Source of the DNA: Nitrospirota bacterium
GTDB taxonomy: Bacteria > Nitrospirota > Thermodesulfovibrionia > UBA6902
NCBI GenBank assembly: GCA_016234115.1
Contig: JACRHD010000067.1
Span: 13,875 to 77,874 of the forward strand
Reading direction: 5' to 3'
Length of the DNA stretch: 64,000 nucleotides
This document shows positions 34,465 to 44,870 of this stretch, piece by piece. Positions within the stretch are counted from its first letter, which is position 1. Every line of letters starts with the position of its first letter. Position numbers and translations under genes: made by a program. The notes beneath the pieces were generated by a model. That model did not search any database. It was not told where the DNA came from and saw only the letters and a list, made by a program, of their open reading frames with translations.

Positions 34465-37251
34465 TTAATTGGCAAGCATCTCAATCAAAGTATTTCTGAA
34501 ATTCTCCATTCTATAAGTATCGACATTCTGAAAGACGACTGTCTCAATGCTGTCAATATGATCCTTCGATTTCTCCCTGGAAAAGGCTCTATAAAAGAAA
34601 TCGCGGACCTGCTCATGCTTATAGCCCTTTTTCTTCTCCAGCATGGATAGAAGTTCAACATTTTGCTGACATCTCCGCAGTGCTTTGACACGAAGACTGA
34701 CTACCCACCCGGCATATCCGGCACTATCGGAACCGACAATCAGGGCATTCTTATCAGGGGTTGTAAAAGCGCTTGGCCCACCCTGGCTCTGCCACGGCAA
34801 TACGCCGTCAGCTCCCTCAATATACGCGCCCATGCACCACATAGCAGTCTGCTGATTAGACGCCTCAATATCATTGAGAGAGCCATAAACTGAAAAACTG
34901 ATTTGTCCGTCTTTTTTCAGTTGACGGATCCGGTTTGAATATTCAAAGAACACCTTGTCCTGCACATACATCCTGTCCAGGATTCCACTCATCCAGTCAT
35001 GCTGCCATTGAGGTCTTGAGATATCGGCCCTGAAAATAAAGTTTGATCGCGTCCCTTCTGTCGCCTGTTTAAAGAGTGAACCATAAAACCTCAGTGACAT
35101 CCAGTCGTCATATGACACCGGTTCATCCAGGTCCCACCATGATGAAGCCCCGTCCCAATCCCATGTATTATTGAGATAAAACTGAAACTCAGTTTGATTC
35201 CACTCTTTTGCTTCAAAATGTTTGATAAATTCTCTTAGTATCCGAAGAAACCTGTTCTTATATTCAGTTGTTAGTGCCTCATTCAAAGAGACAGAATCCA
35301 TTGCGTGCCGTGAGATTATTTCCTGTGTCTTCTTCCCGGTAAACTCATATTTATAATTAGGAGCCAATTGAGACGGCCAATTTTCAAAAAAAGGGAGATA
35401 GAACTTTTCCACCGGGACCCCTTTTCGTCCTTCTTTTGAAAAAGCGCTGCCGTCAAACAGAGGCCCGAGCCGTCGGTCATAATCCTCCCACTCGATCCTG
35501 ACCGGACCGTTTTCCGGGAAAGATATTGTCGGGACCATGTCTTCATGGACTTTACCGTCTTGCGAATATGGAACCCTGTTAATAACGGCCCTGTGTTCGT
35601 GCGCTATTCGATGGGCCTGAAAAAACTTTTCCGTACCTGCCTTTCCAGGGCCGTCATACATATTAAGTTCAGGAACAAAGGAAAGTTTTTGAGGCATCGA
35701 TATATCTTTCACATTGAGATTTAAAACAAGCGATTCCCTTAATTCACCTTTGTTATAAACATTGATTTTCCCTCTGTACAATCCGGCTGTTGTCTCAGAT
35801 GGAATATTAAAATCAATATATATAAGCTGGTTCTGACGGGCCCCGATAGATGTTTGAAATAATTTCATATTCAGTTTCCCATCGTGCAAAGGAATTACAT
35901 ACTCCGGATACCACTTATCCCTGATTCTCAGATAATGCGCCTGGAACAAACTTAAATTGTCAGAGGGTATTATTGTACCTTTTTTATCTTCTAATGGAGT
36001 CAACCTGATTTCGGTGTCTTCGAAGACCCCGCCTTCCGCTTCGATGCATAGTTGAAATCCGATAATCTCTCCCCTTATTCCAACGAGGGTAATCTGCTTT
36101 GCATATCCCGACCATACAGGATTTATCCTGTCGAATCCCTCAACATTCTCTTCCGAAAGTATGTCCCCTGAAACAGGATCGATCTTGGTCACGTCAGGCA
36201 TTGCCCATACCCTGAAATGCCGCGGCGCCTCGTTAAGCTCTTCTTTAACATAACGGGGCGCGGGCGCGTATCCGCGGAAAGCTATTCTTTCTAAATGCCC
36301 TGACGCAAAACCTTTTACAAATGCAGGCTCTGATCTCTGACCTAACTCATCTACGACGCTTATTTTAATGTTTACCTCTTTTCCGGGAGGCAGCCAATCC
36401 AATACTATTTCCTGCAGGTTGCCTTTCCGAACCGGTCGTGGAATTCTCCAGAGAGGAGCCTCTTCATCATTAATCGATATGTCAAAAGCAAAAATATCTT
36501 CTTTGACCGGCAGATGCAGGGCTACAGCCCCATATTCCATATGCGCATCGGCAGGCGACGAAGACATTTTAACATACGGTGTAAACGGTCTCTTCTTTGT
36601 AATGTCCGAGCAGATAATCATAATATAAGGCGGGTAATCTGATTCTCTTGAGAATACGAAGTTGTTGGCAAAGGTCTGACCCGACTCATCCATAACAAGG
36701 AGACCGTGAGATTTACCCGTTATCATCGCATACACCAGTTCTGACGCAATGTCGACATACCACCAGCCGTCTTTTTCCCTGATCAATTCAGTATGGTGCT
36801 GCCAAGTGCTGCCCCTGCCCATTGTTACATCCGTCAGATCGGAACCCTGGCCCGCCCACCTCTGCTTCTTGTAACTGGAATAAAGAAACGTCGCTCCCTT
36901 CCCAAGAATATCAACAAAATAGCCTCTGGATTTCCCTTCCACCCATGGAGAAGCAACTGTAGATATCCCGATTTTTCGAAGCATATTATTTTCACTTGCA
37001 TTCCTGAGATACAATCTGGCGGATTCTATCTTTTTTCCCTTCAGTGACGACAAATCAAAATCAAGTATTGCCATTTCCTGAATCCCCTTGAGTTTCAGTT
37101 CATCCGAGGCCCCCATATTGTAATTTTCTTCACCAGGATAAGCAGATACCCAGACATCCCGAGTCGCGTTGAATCTAAAGTGTTCCGCCCCGACGCAGGG
37201 TGTAGAAATGAAAATAATGACAAGGATGATTTTAGCCGAATTCAGCGTCAA
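34465..37251 (-). CDS. Large exported protein: DNRLRE-like N-domain and DUF4091/GH123-like C-region
   Basis: Signal peptide; DVWVS..NMG..LDFDLSSL..IESARLYL; LDEP; SLRVKALRRCQQNVE resembles the DUF4091 tail. Confidence 0.6.
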   Translation of the reverse strand: MTLNSAKIILVIIFISTPCVGAEHFRFNATRDVWVSAYPGEENYNMGASDELKLKGIQEMAILDFDLSSLKGKKIESARLYLRNASENNMLRKIGISTVASPWVEGKSRGYFVDILGKGATFLYSSYKKQRWAGQGSDLTDVTMGRGSTWQHHTELIREKDGWWYVDIASELVYAMITGKSHGLLVMDESGQTFANNFVFSRESDYPPYIMIICSDITKKRPFTPYVKMSSSPADAHMEYGAVALHLPVKEDIFAFDISINDEEAPLWRIPRPVRKGNLQEIVLDWLPPGKEVNIKISVVDELGQRSEPAFVKGFASGHLERIAFRGYAPAPRYVKEELNEAPRHFRVWAMPDVTKIDPVSGDILSEENVEGFDRINPVWSGYAKQITLVGIRGEIIGFQLCIEAEGGVFEDTEIRLTPLEDKKGTIIPSDNLSLFQAHYLRIRDKWYPEYVIPLHDGKLNMKLFQTSIGARQNQLIYIDFNIPSETTAGLYRGKINVYNKGELRESLVLNLNVKDISMPQKLSFVPELNMYDGPGKAGTEKFFQAHRIAHEHRAVINRVPYSQDGKVHEDMVPTISFPENGPVRIEWEDYDRRLGPLFDGSAFSKEGRKGVPVEKFYLPFFENWPSQLAPNYKYEFTGKKTQEIISRHAMDSVSLNEALTTEYKNRFLRILREFIKHFEAKEWNQTEFQFYLNNTWDWDGASSWWDLDEPVSYDDWMSLRFYGSLFKQATEGTRSNFIFRADISRPQWQHDWMSGILDRMYVQDKVFFEYSNRIRQLKKDGQISFSVYGSLNDIEASNQQTAMWCMGAYIEGADGVLPWQSQGGPSAFTTPDKNALIVGSDSAGYAGWVVSLRVKALRRCQQNVELLSMLEKKKGYKHEQVRDFFYRAFSREKSKDHIDSIETVVFQNVDTYRMENFRNTLIEMLAN

Positions 37252-37288
37252 GGGACGGGTACAAACAAGCCTAAGGCAAGATAATATT

Positions 37289-38878
37289 TTATTTCAGTCT
37301 GTATACATACATATCAGCGGTGAAACATATCCTGGATTTAATAAGATCAGGCGTTATTTCGTATAAGACATCATTGGCCCTCAGGATCCGGCAACTGAGG
37401 CGCGCCGACGTTGTCATGACCTCAACCGTTTCCATTTTTTCAAGCGGCCATTTAATATGTCCTGTAAAGTCAGTCTGAATTTCATGAAGTTTGGGAATAT
37501 CAAATATATACTGAACAGCACCATCCTTACGGGTCTGTTTCAAAAAGTCTGATATCTCTGTTTCATCATATGTATAGGTGATGATTTTACCCTGCATAAA
37601 CTGCGGTCCGTTTTTGAGATGAAGCACGGGTTTCAACTGCGCCGGAATAATATAATTTTCGGCATCATGTTGTTTCATGAACCCGTCCATCAGATCAAGT
37701 CCAAGAGAGTTTTTGTTCATAATGCTCCCAAGAGAAATAACCGACGCAAACACGTAAAAGAATACAAGTGAATATCCAGCGGGTCTCCTCCATCCTCCCC
37801 TTCGAAAGAATTCGTAAAGAATATAACCCAACAGAATTGCGGCAAAAGGCATAATTACCAGATAATACCTTTCATCCCGCTCCAGAGGTTTTGTAAAACC
37901 GATTACAGGGGCATAAATATAGAACAGCAAAATGACTGCCGTCAAAATAAACAACCATACAAAGTGGGTTCTATATGCCGAATACCGCTCACCGCTTTCC
38001 CTGCCGCTAAAAAACAGAATCGAGGTCCCGATGATTAGCGGAATCATCAGGGGAGCAATCCAGTGCGTGGCAAAACAGAGTATTATTCCATCAACGAAAT
38101 AACTATGAAACCTCGGGTGGAATTGATATTGGTTCGGCGTAAATACGTTTGTCTTGCCTGCGAGCATATTAAATCTTGCAAACGGATCTCCGGTCAGGTG
38201 CCAGACGATAAACATTTCAATGAGCATGACGGACAACAAGCCGGCAATTACAAATATAACGGAGGTTATATAATTTTTTTTCTTCGGTGTCTTAAAAAAG
38301 AGGATTGGAAAAGCAATAAACAATAATAACGATGTCTCACGAATCAGATAGCCGCATCCCAGCATCAAGCCTGCCAGCAATGATCCTTTTATATCGATAT
38401 TTTCATTTAACGTGACCCTGTATAACAGGTAAAGGAACAAGGCGCTGAAAAGCACCACCGGTCCGTCAGGATACATCACACCTGAATAATATACGTCCAG
38501 CGGCAAGATAGCGTATACTGAGGATGCTATAAGCGCTACTGCAGGATTAAATAAACTGCGGCCGGCAAAATATATAAAAAATAATGTTCCTGCGGACAAT
38601 AGCATAGGGAACACCATTGAAGTCAATTCCGACACTCCAAACAATTTCATTATTGCCCAGACGGGAAAAATCATCCCCAGCCTCATCCCCCAGTGCAAAG
38701 ATGAAGTTATAGACTTGCCGGCGTCGTCATGAAGCAGCAATTTCTCAATAACTGAAAAATAGATCATATCATCTGCGCCGGAAGGCCCCATGTAAAATAA
38801 ACATCGCAGCAATACCGCAGCAATGAGAATAAATAAGGAAAGAAAGATATATCCGGGATTATCTTCTTCTTGTTTCAT
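37289..38878 (-). CDS. GT-C fold (ArnT/PMT family) membrane glycosyltransferase
   Basis: Multi-TM; ADDMIY loop, YPD, LIRET, ERYY. Confidence 0.82.
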   Translation of the reverse strand: MKQEEDNPGYIFLSLFILIAAVLLRCLFYMGPSGADDMIYFSVIEKLLLHDDAGKSITSSLHWGMRLGMIFPVWAIMKLFGVSELTSMVFPMLLSAGTLFFIYFAGRSLFNPAVALIASSVYAILPLDVYYSGVMYPDGPVVLFSALFLYLLYRVTLNENIDIKGSLLAGLMLGCGYLIRETSLLLFIAFPILFFKTPKKKNYITSVIFVIAGLLSVMLIEMFIVWHLTGDPFARFNMLAGKTNVFTPNQYQFHPRFHSYFVDGIILCFATHWIAPLMIPLIIGTSILFFSGRESGERYSAYRTHFVWLFILTAVILLFYIYAPVIGFTKPLERDERYYLVIMPFAAILLGYILYEFFRRGGWRRPAGYSLVFFYVFASVISLGSIMNKNSLGLDLMDGFMKQHDAENYIIPAQLKPVLHLKNGPQFMQGKIITYTYDETEISDFLKQTRKDGAVQYIFDIPKLHEIQTDFTGHIKWPLEKMETVEVMTTSARLSCRILRANDVLYEITPDLIKSRICFTADMYVYRLK

Positions 38879-39608
38879 GCGAGTCAACTCTGAAACCTTT
38901 GCCGTCTATCCGCGCGATAACCCAGGGTTTCAGCATCGCATACCAGTCCTTAAAGGGACTGATTTTACTGTAACGTTTACCTTTTGGGGGATATTGCATG
39001 GTTATCGGGACTTCTTTCCAACGAATATCTGTTGACAAAAGCACCTTGGCGTAAAGGTAATACTCAAATGCGTATGTGTACATCCAGCGCTTATGCCAGT
39101 CAAAATCAGCCCTTCGTATAATATCCAGACGAAGCGCCCTGTAGCCGCACGTTGCATCAGTCAGCCTAATCCCTGTCAATAATCTCACAAAAAGATTAAC
39201 CATGGGTATAGTATGACGCCTGAACCCCGGCAAATTGGGTGAATCTCCGCCTTCAAGGAAACGGCTGCCGGTGACATAGTCGACTTCATCCCTGACGATC
39301 GGCCCCATCACGCGACTCATCTCTGCCGGCAGCATTTTGCCGTTGGCCGCAAACGTCCCGAAAAGTTCATAACTTCTTTGTAAGGCCCAGTCGAGAGCCT
39401 TGATATAAGAATAGCCGAGCCCCATTCTTTGGTCATTATTTAAACAGAAATAGCCGCTCTTTCTTATCAGATCATCCGACCCGTCTGTCGAACCGTCGTT
39501 GATAAACAGCAAGGTATCGCAAGGCAGATCAACTGATTTAAACTCCGATAATACTTTAGGGAGTTCTTCGATCTGGTTATATACCGGTATAAAATAAACA
39601 CTCTTCAT
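38859..39608 (-). CDS. Glycosyltransferase family 2 (polyprenol-phosphate sugar synthase-like)
   Basis: IPVYN, INDGSTD, VTGSRF, TDATCGYRA, EVPI; DxD position reads AANGK. Confidence 0.85.
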   Translation of the reverse strand: MKSVYFIPVYNQIEELPKVLSEFKSVDLPCDTLLFINDGSTDGSDDLIRKSGYFCLNNDQRMGLGYSYIKALDWALQRSYELFGTFAANGKMLPAEMSRVMGPIVRDEVDYVTGSRFLEGGDSPNLPGFRRHTIPMVNLFVRLLTGIRLTDATCGYRALRLDIIRRADFDWHKRWMYTYAFEYYLYAKVLLSTDIRWKEVPITMQYPPKGKRYSKISPFKDWYAMLKPWVIARIDGKGFRVDSHETRRR

Positions 39609-39659
39609 ATTCTTATCGACAAACTGGAAGAACAAATTTCTTCAGCATAATTAAATATG

Positions 39660-40751
39660 TTATCCAGCCGACAATCTCTTAAGTCTTTCATGCAGCAACT
39701 TTTCATGCTTCTCCACATTTTCTATAGTAGAAAGCTTCGGCATAAAGTCCAATCCTCGTATCCAGATCAGGTTTTCAGGCAAAGGATTTATCTTCTTCTG
39801 AATTGCCGGCAGTTCATTATCCAGCCCGATTTTTGTAAAAATATAAGGCATATTCAATCCAGCCTCGGTAAAAAAGTGGTGCGTAGTGAAAAACCTGCCT
39901 ATGTTGATTTCAGTGGGGTTGGGGACCCCGTTTTTATTATAGGTCATATCAACGCTGAAAATTCCGTGTGGAGTTTTATCAATGGCGAGAATCGCCCGTT
40001 CTGAAATATCATCGACATGGGGGTCAGATATTGTCACACCGGCTCCTGTCAATCCCGTCACCCCCGATGGCGCCCTGTTGCCAAATTCCCAATAAAGCCT
40101 TTTTCGCGTTTGAGCAACGACAAGATTACCTTGATGCCAGATCGACTGCCATGTGATCATCGACGTTGGATCAAGCATCTCTGCCGCGGTATAGCTGCCC
40201 CATCCCTTGTGAGCGTCTATCCAGAGCCTCCCCTCTTCAAAGCTTTCAGAAGGCAGAGACCCTTTCCCGAAGGCTCCTTTGTCTTCCCTTATCCAGAGGG
40301 GCGAGCCGCATTCGTCAAAGGCCTTTCGAAGATCATCAGGTGTATTTATATAATGGGTCTTAGGCACAACTATACCGGCCCGGCTCCAGTGTTCATAAGA
40401 TTCATATTTGCTTAGACAAATGTCTATTATTCTGTGAGCGGGCAAAAAATATTTTACCCCCAACTCGTCGAAATCGCCTCTTAACAGAGAAAGACTGCGA
40501 ATTTCCACGTCAGTCTGGGAATGGATAAAGTCGGGTCTTGTTTCCTTTACTATATCCAGCAATACAGCCCTGTATCCGGCATCTGATGCCTTTGGTATTA
40601 AATAATTTTCCTCGGCCTCAGACCGTTCCAGGTAGTATTTGTTTGCATCGCATCCGATAATATAAAAGTCCCCGTCGGCCTGCCGCAAAGACCTTATGAA
40701 GCCTAACGCCGCTGAACCGCCGGCACTGGTCATCAGAATTTTTTTCTTCAT
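39660..40751 (-). CDS. ATP-grasp carboxylate-amine ligase
   Basis: ILMTSAGG, CLSKY, VPKT, GAFGKG, FSVDM, TEINIGRF. Confidence 0.8.
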   Translation of the reverse strand: MKKKILMTSAGGSAALGFIRSLRQADGDFYIIGCDANKYYLERSEAEENYLIPKASDAGYRAVLLDIVKETRPDFIHSQTDVEIRSLSLLRGDFDELGVKYFLPAHRIIDICLSKYESYEHWSRAGIVVPKTHYINTPDDLRKAFDECGSPLWIREDKGAFGKGSLPSESFEEGRLWIDAHKGWGSYTAAEMLDPTSMITWQSIWHQGNLVVAQTRKRLYWEFGNRAPSGVTGLTGAGVTISDPHVDDISERAILAIDKTPHGIFSVDMTYNKNGVPNPTEINIGRFFTTHHFFTEAGLNMPYIFTKIGLDNELPAIQKKINPLPENLIWIRGLDFMPKLSTIENVEKHEKLLHERLKRLSAG

Positions 40752-40781
40752 AAAAACTCTCCTTACTATTAAGAAATATTA

Positions 40782-41939
40782 TCAGGATACCAGGTACCTC
40801 AGTATCCCCGTTTCGTGTTTCTTGGAATAATCTTTTATCTCCCCTATCATTTCGAGTACGTCATAAATATTGTCAATTTTCCCTCCCATCACGATGGAGA
40901 AGTTCTTAATGCCGTAATCCTTCCTGAACAAGATTGGTCTTCCATCATCTATTTCATTTTTTATTAATACGGTTTTTACCTCATATAGAGAATCCACATA
41001 TTGAACTTCTTTCACTAATGGGAGATACCTTTCCGCGTCCCTGACCATGAATTGGAAATGCGATTTCAATTTAATCCCCTTAAGATGCGCATGACCGTCA
41101 ATAAAACTATCCATGTCGTGCCAGTTGTAATGCGGCGTATATCTTACATGGTGGAATGAATGCATATTCAAAGAGGGATAGGGCATGAGAGAAAAAAAAG
41201 GGCCGTCCATAATCGTAATTCCAGCATATCTAAGCTCCTCAGGCATCTTCAACAAAGGCATCTCGGTAACTTCATGTTTTAAAGGGAGTAAAGGGAGACC
41301 GGAATTAAGCAGTAATTTGTTTATCAGGGAATACGTGCAATTGAAAACTTTCCCCGCCCGCAGCCTTATCCCGTCATTTGTCAGATACAAAACAACTTCG
41401 CCATTTTCAGTCTGTTCTGCTCTATCAACCTCTTTACTATACCAGACGGTAATGCCCGCTTTTTCAAGCCGTTGTTTCAATATATTCCGAAGCTTGACAG
41501 CATCAAAAGCCACCTCATGGACGGAAAAAACCTCTTCAATATTATCCATATTAAATAGTTTTCTCATCCTACCAGAGGCGGTTTTTATCGGAGCGCCAAT
41601 CCGTTTATATAATTCAAAAAACTGATACGCATTAATTTTTGAGCCTTTCCTGGCGATCGCATAGATCTTCTCGAATTCGTCATAAATACATCCCTTGAAG
41701 TCCAGCATGAATTTCGGAAAATTCTTAAAAGATCTGATCGCTGTCACAAGGCTCCTCGGATAGTGATACCCCGTATGGACCCTTGCCTGGTTGATAGCCG
41801 AAGCTCTCAAAAGAAGGTCGGTCTCTTTTTCAACAACAAGTATCTTGTCGCAAAAATTACGGATGACAAGGGCGATACAACACCCGTAAAATCCCCCGCC
41901 TATAATTACCGCATCAAATTTTGTTGAATCAGATGACAT
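40782..41939 (-). CDS. FAD-dependent oxidoreductase (DAO-like)
   Basis: IIGGGFYG, ASAINQARVHTGYHYPRS, MDGPF, GGKID. Confidence 0.85.
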   Translation of the reverse strand: MSSDSTKFDAVIIGGGFYGCCIALVIRNFCDKILVVEKETDLLLRASAINQARVHTGYHYPRSLVTAIRSFKNFPKFMLDFKGCIYDEFEKIYAIARKGSKINAYQFFELYKRIGAPIKTASGRMRKLFNMDNIEEVFSVHEVAFDAVKLRNILKQRLEKAGITVWYSKEVDRAEQTENGEVVLYLTNDGIRLRAGKVFNCTYSLINKLLLNSGLPLLPLKHEVTEMPLLKMPEELRYAGITIMDGPFFSLMPYPSLNMHSFHHVRYTPHYNWHDMDSFIDGHAHLKGIKLKSHFQFMVRDAERYLPLVKEVQYVDSLYEVKTVLIKNEIDDGRPILFRKDYGIKNFSIVMGGKIDNIYDVLEMIGEIKDYSKKHETGILRYLVS

Positions 41940-42903
41940 TTTTCCTGTCGGCATCGCCCGGGAAAACCGAACTGTTAGATTCATCCGCTAAGAAATATAT
42001 ATCGCCCTTCTTGGTTTCCCTCAGGACACGGGCAACATATTCCCCTATGATCGCCAGCATCAGAAACATCAGGAAGAACATTGTGGCGTTGACGAGCTGG
42101 GTTGACGTCCATCCCTGAGGTATATATGCCCGGAAAAATATAAAACCCACCACTACGTAGAGGACCAAAAAAAGATTCAGCATGCTTGCAAGCAACCCGA
42201 TAAACGACGCTATCCTTATCAGTTTTTCGGAGTTCGAGACTATGACCTCTATTGCGAAGGTAAATGCATTAAAGTAATTTTCTTTCTTCTTTCTGCCGCT
42301 GCGGTTTATCCTTGCATATGGAACGGCGCAGCGATTATAACCGATTTCCAGCAACAGGTACTTGATATATCTGCTTCGGTCCTTAATTCTGACAATTGAG
42401 TTTACCGCCCTCCTGCTAAAGACTATAAATTTCGAAAAACCCGGCCTAACATTATACCCCGTCAGGAATCTGCTTAGTTTGAAAAATACAAAAGAAAACA
42501 ATTTGTCGAGAAACGGCTTTTCGCTCTCATCAGTCCTCTCTGCAATTACCACATCGAAACCGGATATGGCCCTGTCTATCAATTGCGGAATCAAAGACGG
42601 CGGATCGTAATTAGGGTCCATTAATACAACAAAATCCCCTATGCAGTTATTTAATGCGGCCTGATATGTAATCTCATCATCATACTTCTTGGATAATATG
42701 ATCAGCCTTATATTATTTATTCTTTTTTGCAGTTCCTTTACCTTTAACACAGAGGCGTCGGTGGAACCGTTATCAATTAAAACCAGCTCATAATTTGCAT
42801 ACGATCCCGTAACGGCATCTGTCGTGTCTTTGATAAAAGATTCCATTATATCCGCATTGTTATTTATAACCGCCGCTACCGAAATCAGATTGTCAATATT
42901 CAT
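41929..42903 (-). CDS. GT2 glycosyltransferase, GtrB/ArnC-like, with two C-terminal TM helices
   Basis: LVLIDNGSTD, MDPNYDPP, GFDVV, two TM then IIGEYVARV. Confidence 0.85.
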   Translation of the reverse strand: MNIDNLISVAAVINNNADIMESFIKDTTDAVTGSYANYELVLIDNGSTDASVLKVKELQKRINNIRLIILSKKYDDEITYQAALNNCIGDFVVLMDPNYDPPSLIPQLIDRAISGFDVVIAERTDESEKPFLDKLFSFVFFKLSRFLTGYNVRPGFSKFIVFSRRAVNSIVRIKDRSRYIKYLLLEIGYNRCAVPYARINRSGRKKKENYFNAFTFAIEVIVSNSEKLIRIASFIGLLASMLNLFLVLYVVVGFIFFRAYIPQGWTSTQLVNATMFFLMFLMLAIIGEYVARVLRETKKGDIYFLADESNSSVFPGDADRKNVI

Positions 42904-42924
42904 TAGTGCCTCTCTTCATAGAAA

Positions 42925-44052
42925 TTATTTATGCAATGTATCCTTGATGCATTCGGCGACATACTTGATCTCTTCTTCGGTCAATTCCGGAAACATGGGA
43001 AGACTCAATATCTCATCCTGATACGCAGTCGCGACCGGAAAAGCTCCAGGAGGGCAGACAAGATGTTTGTACACGTTCAGATTCGGCAGCGCTATGGGAT
43101 AATGCACTATAGTGGGGACCCCCATTTCCTTTAATCTTAACATTATGTTGTCCCTGTTTTTAAGGCGAACTACGAAGAGGTGAAAAACATGCGACCCTGC
43201 AAGGGGAACTTCCGGCAACACTATACCATCTGTATTGCCAAGATATTTATGATAAAGGAGCGCATTCTTATACCTCTCGTCGCTCCATTTGGCAAGATAC
43301 TTCAATTTGATATTGAGGACAGCGGCCTGAATTCCGTCAAGACGGCTGTTGACGCCCTCGCACCTGTGATCATATCTTGAGGCCTGACCATGATTTGCAA
43401 ACATCCTCATCCGCATGGCCAGTTCTTCATTATTCGTGACTATCGCACCTGCATCCCCGAAAGCTCCGAGGTTTTTACTTGGGTAAAAACTGAAACAACC
43501 CGCATCTCCGATGCTGCCGGATTTCTTGCCTTCATATTCCGCCAGATGAGCCTGAGCACAGTCTTCGATAACCTTCAGATTGTATTTCTCCGCCAGGCCC
43601 AAAATCTGCCCCATTTCAGCGACCCTTCCGTAAAGATGAACAGGGACCATCGCCTTGACCCGCATATCTCTGCCATTAGCCTTTTTCTCCAGGCACTCCT
43701 TCAGCTTTATGACATCCATGTTGAATGTATCCGGGTCACAGTCAACAAAAACAGGCCGCGCGCCTGTCATGGTAATGGCTTCCGCAGTTGCAAAATAAGA
43801 GTTTGCGACAGTAATGACTTCATCGCCTTCCCCGATACCTGCCAGTTTCATAGCGATGAAAAGCGCATCCGTGCCATTGCCGACGCTGACACAGTATTTT
43901 GAGCCGCAGGCTTCTGCAAATGCCCTTTCAAACCTCTCCACCTCTTCCCCGCCGATAAACGCACAGTCGTCAATAATTTCTTTTATGGCAGTATCAATTT
44001 CATCTTTAATGGATATATACTGCTTCTTCAAATCAGCGAACTGTATGTTCAC
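42925..44052 (-). CDS. DegT/DnrJ/EryC1/StrS sugar aminotransferase
   Basis: NGTDAL, PVHLYG, EDCAQAH, SFYPSKNLGAFGDAG, NSRLD. Confidence 0.93.
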   Translation of the reverse strand: MNIQFADLKKQYISIKDEIDTAIKEIIDDCAFIGGEEVERFERAFAEACGSKYCVSVGNGTDALFIAMKLAGIGEGDEVITVANSYFATAEAITMTGARPVFVDCDPDTFNMDVIKLKECLEKKANGRDMRVKAMVPVHLYGRVAEMGQILGLAEKYNLKVIEDCAQAHLAEYEGKKSGSIGDAGCFSFYPSKNLGAFGDAGAIVTNNEELAMRMRMFANHGQASRYDHRCEGVNSRLDGIQAAVLNIKLKYLAKWSDERYKNALLYHKYLGNTDGIVLPEVPLAGSHVFHLFVVRLKNRDNIMLRLKEMGVPTIVHYPIALPNLNVYKHLVCPPGAFPVATAYQDEILSLPMFPELTEEEIKYVAECIKDTLHK

Positions 44053-44174
44053 AATTATATTCCTCCTCTTGCGTTACTGTTTATCTTTTCCCACATATGA
44101 CATAGAGAATATGGATTCACGTAAACGGGAAGAAGTACGTATGCAAAAAATAGGGCCGGATGTGTACATCCTGC

Positions 44175-44861
44175 CTAGTCCCTACTTTTATTATGACCTG
44201 TGTGGCAAAAGAGATTTTCGGCATCCCTCAGATGCTCAATAATGTAATCAGGATCATAGCTTTGAAGTATTTCTTTTGTGCGTATGCCTGATGATACGGC
44301 AATGGTTTTCAGTCCAATTTCCTTTCCAGCCAAGATATCATCCTCCGTGTCTCCGATAAAATAGCCGGAAGCGCATGTAAAGTCAATGACGCTCTCCTGT
44401 TTATATAACGCCGTCTTTATCTTCCAACCAGGAACCCCTTCGTGATATCCGGACAAGACGCGGTCAAAATACTTTCCGATGTTCAGCCGGGTAAGCTGGG
44501 CTTTCAAGGCTTTTTCGTTCCTTCGCAGCGTAATCAAAAATATCTTGCAAAAAATATCTTTAAAAGACGTTAACATCCGGTGTATATCAGGCTGCAAAAA
44601 GTCCATCAATAAATAGCGGTCCTCTTCGATTTTAGAAAGTTTCAACTGAATGAACCGACTATAACAATCCTCTCCGAGTCCGCTTTGCAGCAGCAAGTGT
44701 TTTTCACTCGCACAGCTTCGCTTCTGCTCCCAGAATACTTCCTTTGATAACGGGACGCCTCCGAACTCCCGGACACTATCCCTGTAAACCGTATAATACC
44801 TGTCTTCGCAATTAATTATAGGTCCGTCCATATCTGTGCAAAGGATATTGTTCGTCATCAA
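44175..44861 (-). CDS. HAD family hydrolase/phosphatase
   Basis: DMDGPI, ITLRR, IGDTEDDI. Confidence 0.82.
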   Translation of the reverse strand: MMTNNILCTDMDGPIINCEDRYYTVYRDSVREFGGVPLSKEVFWEQKRSCASEKHLLLQSGLGEDCYSRFIQLKLSKIEEDRYLLMDFLQPDIHRMLTSFKDIFCKIFLITLRRNEKALKAQLTRLNIGKYFDRVLSGYHEGVPGWKIKTALYKQESVIDFTCASGYFIGDTEDDILAGKEIGLKTIAVSSGIRTKEILQSYDPDYIIEHLRDAENLFCHTGHNKSRD

Positions 44862-44870
44862 TGAGCCTCT

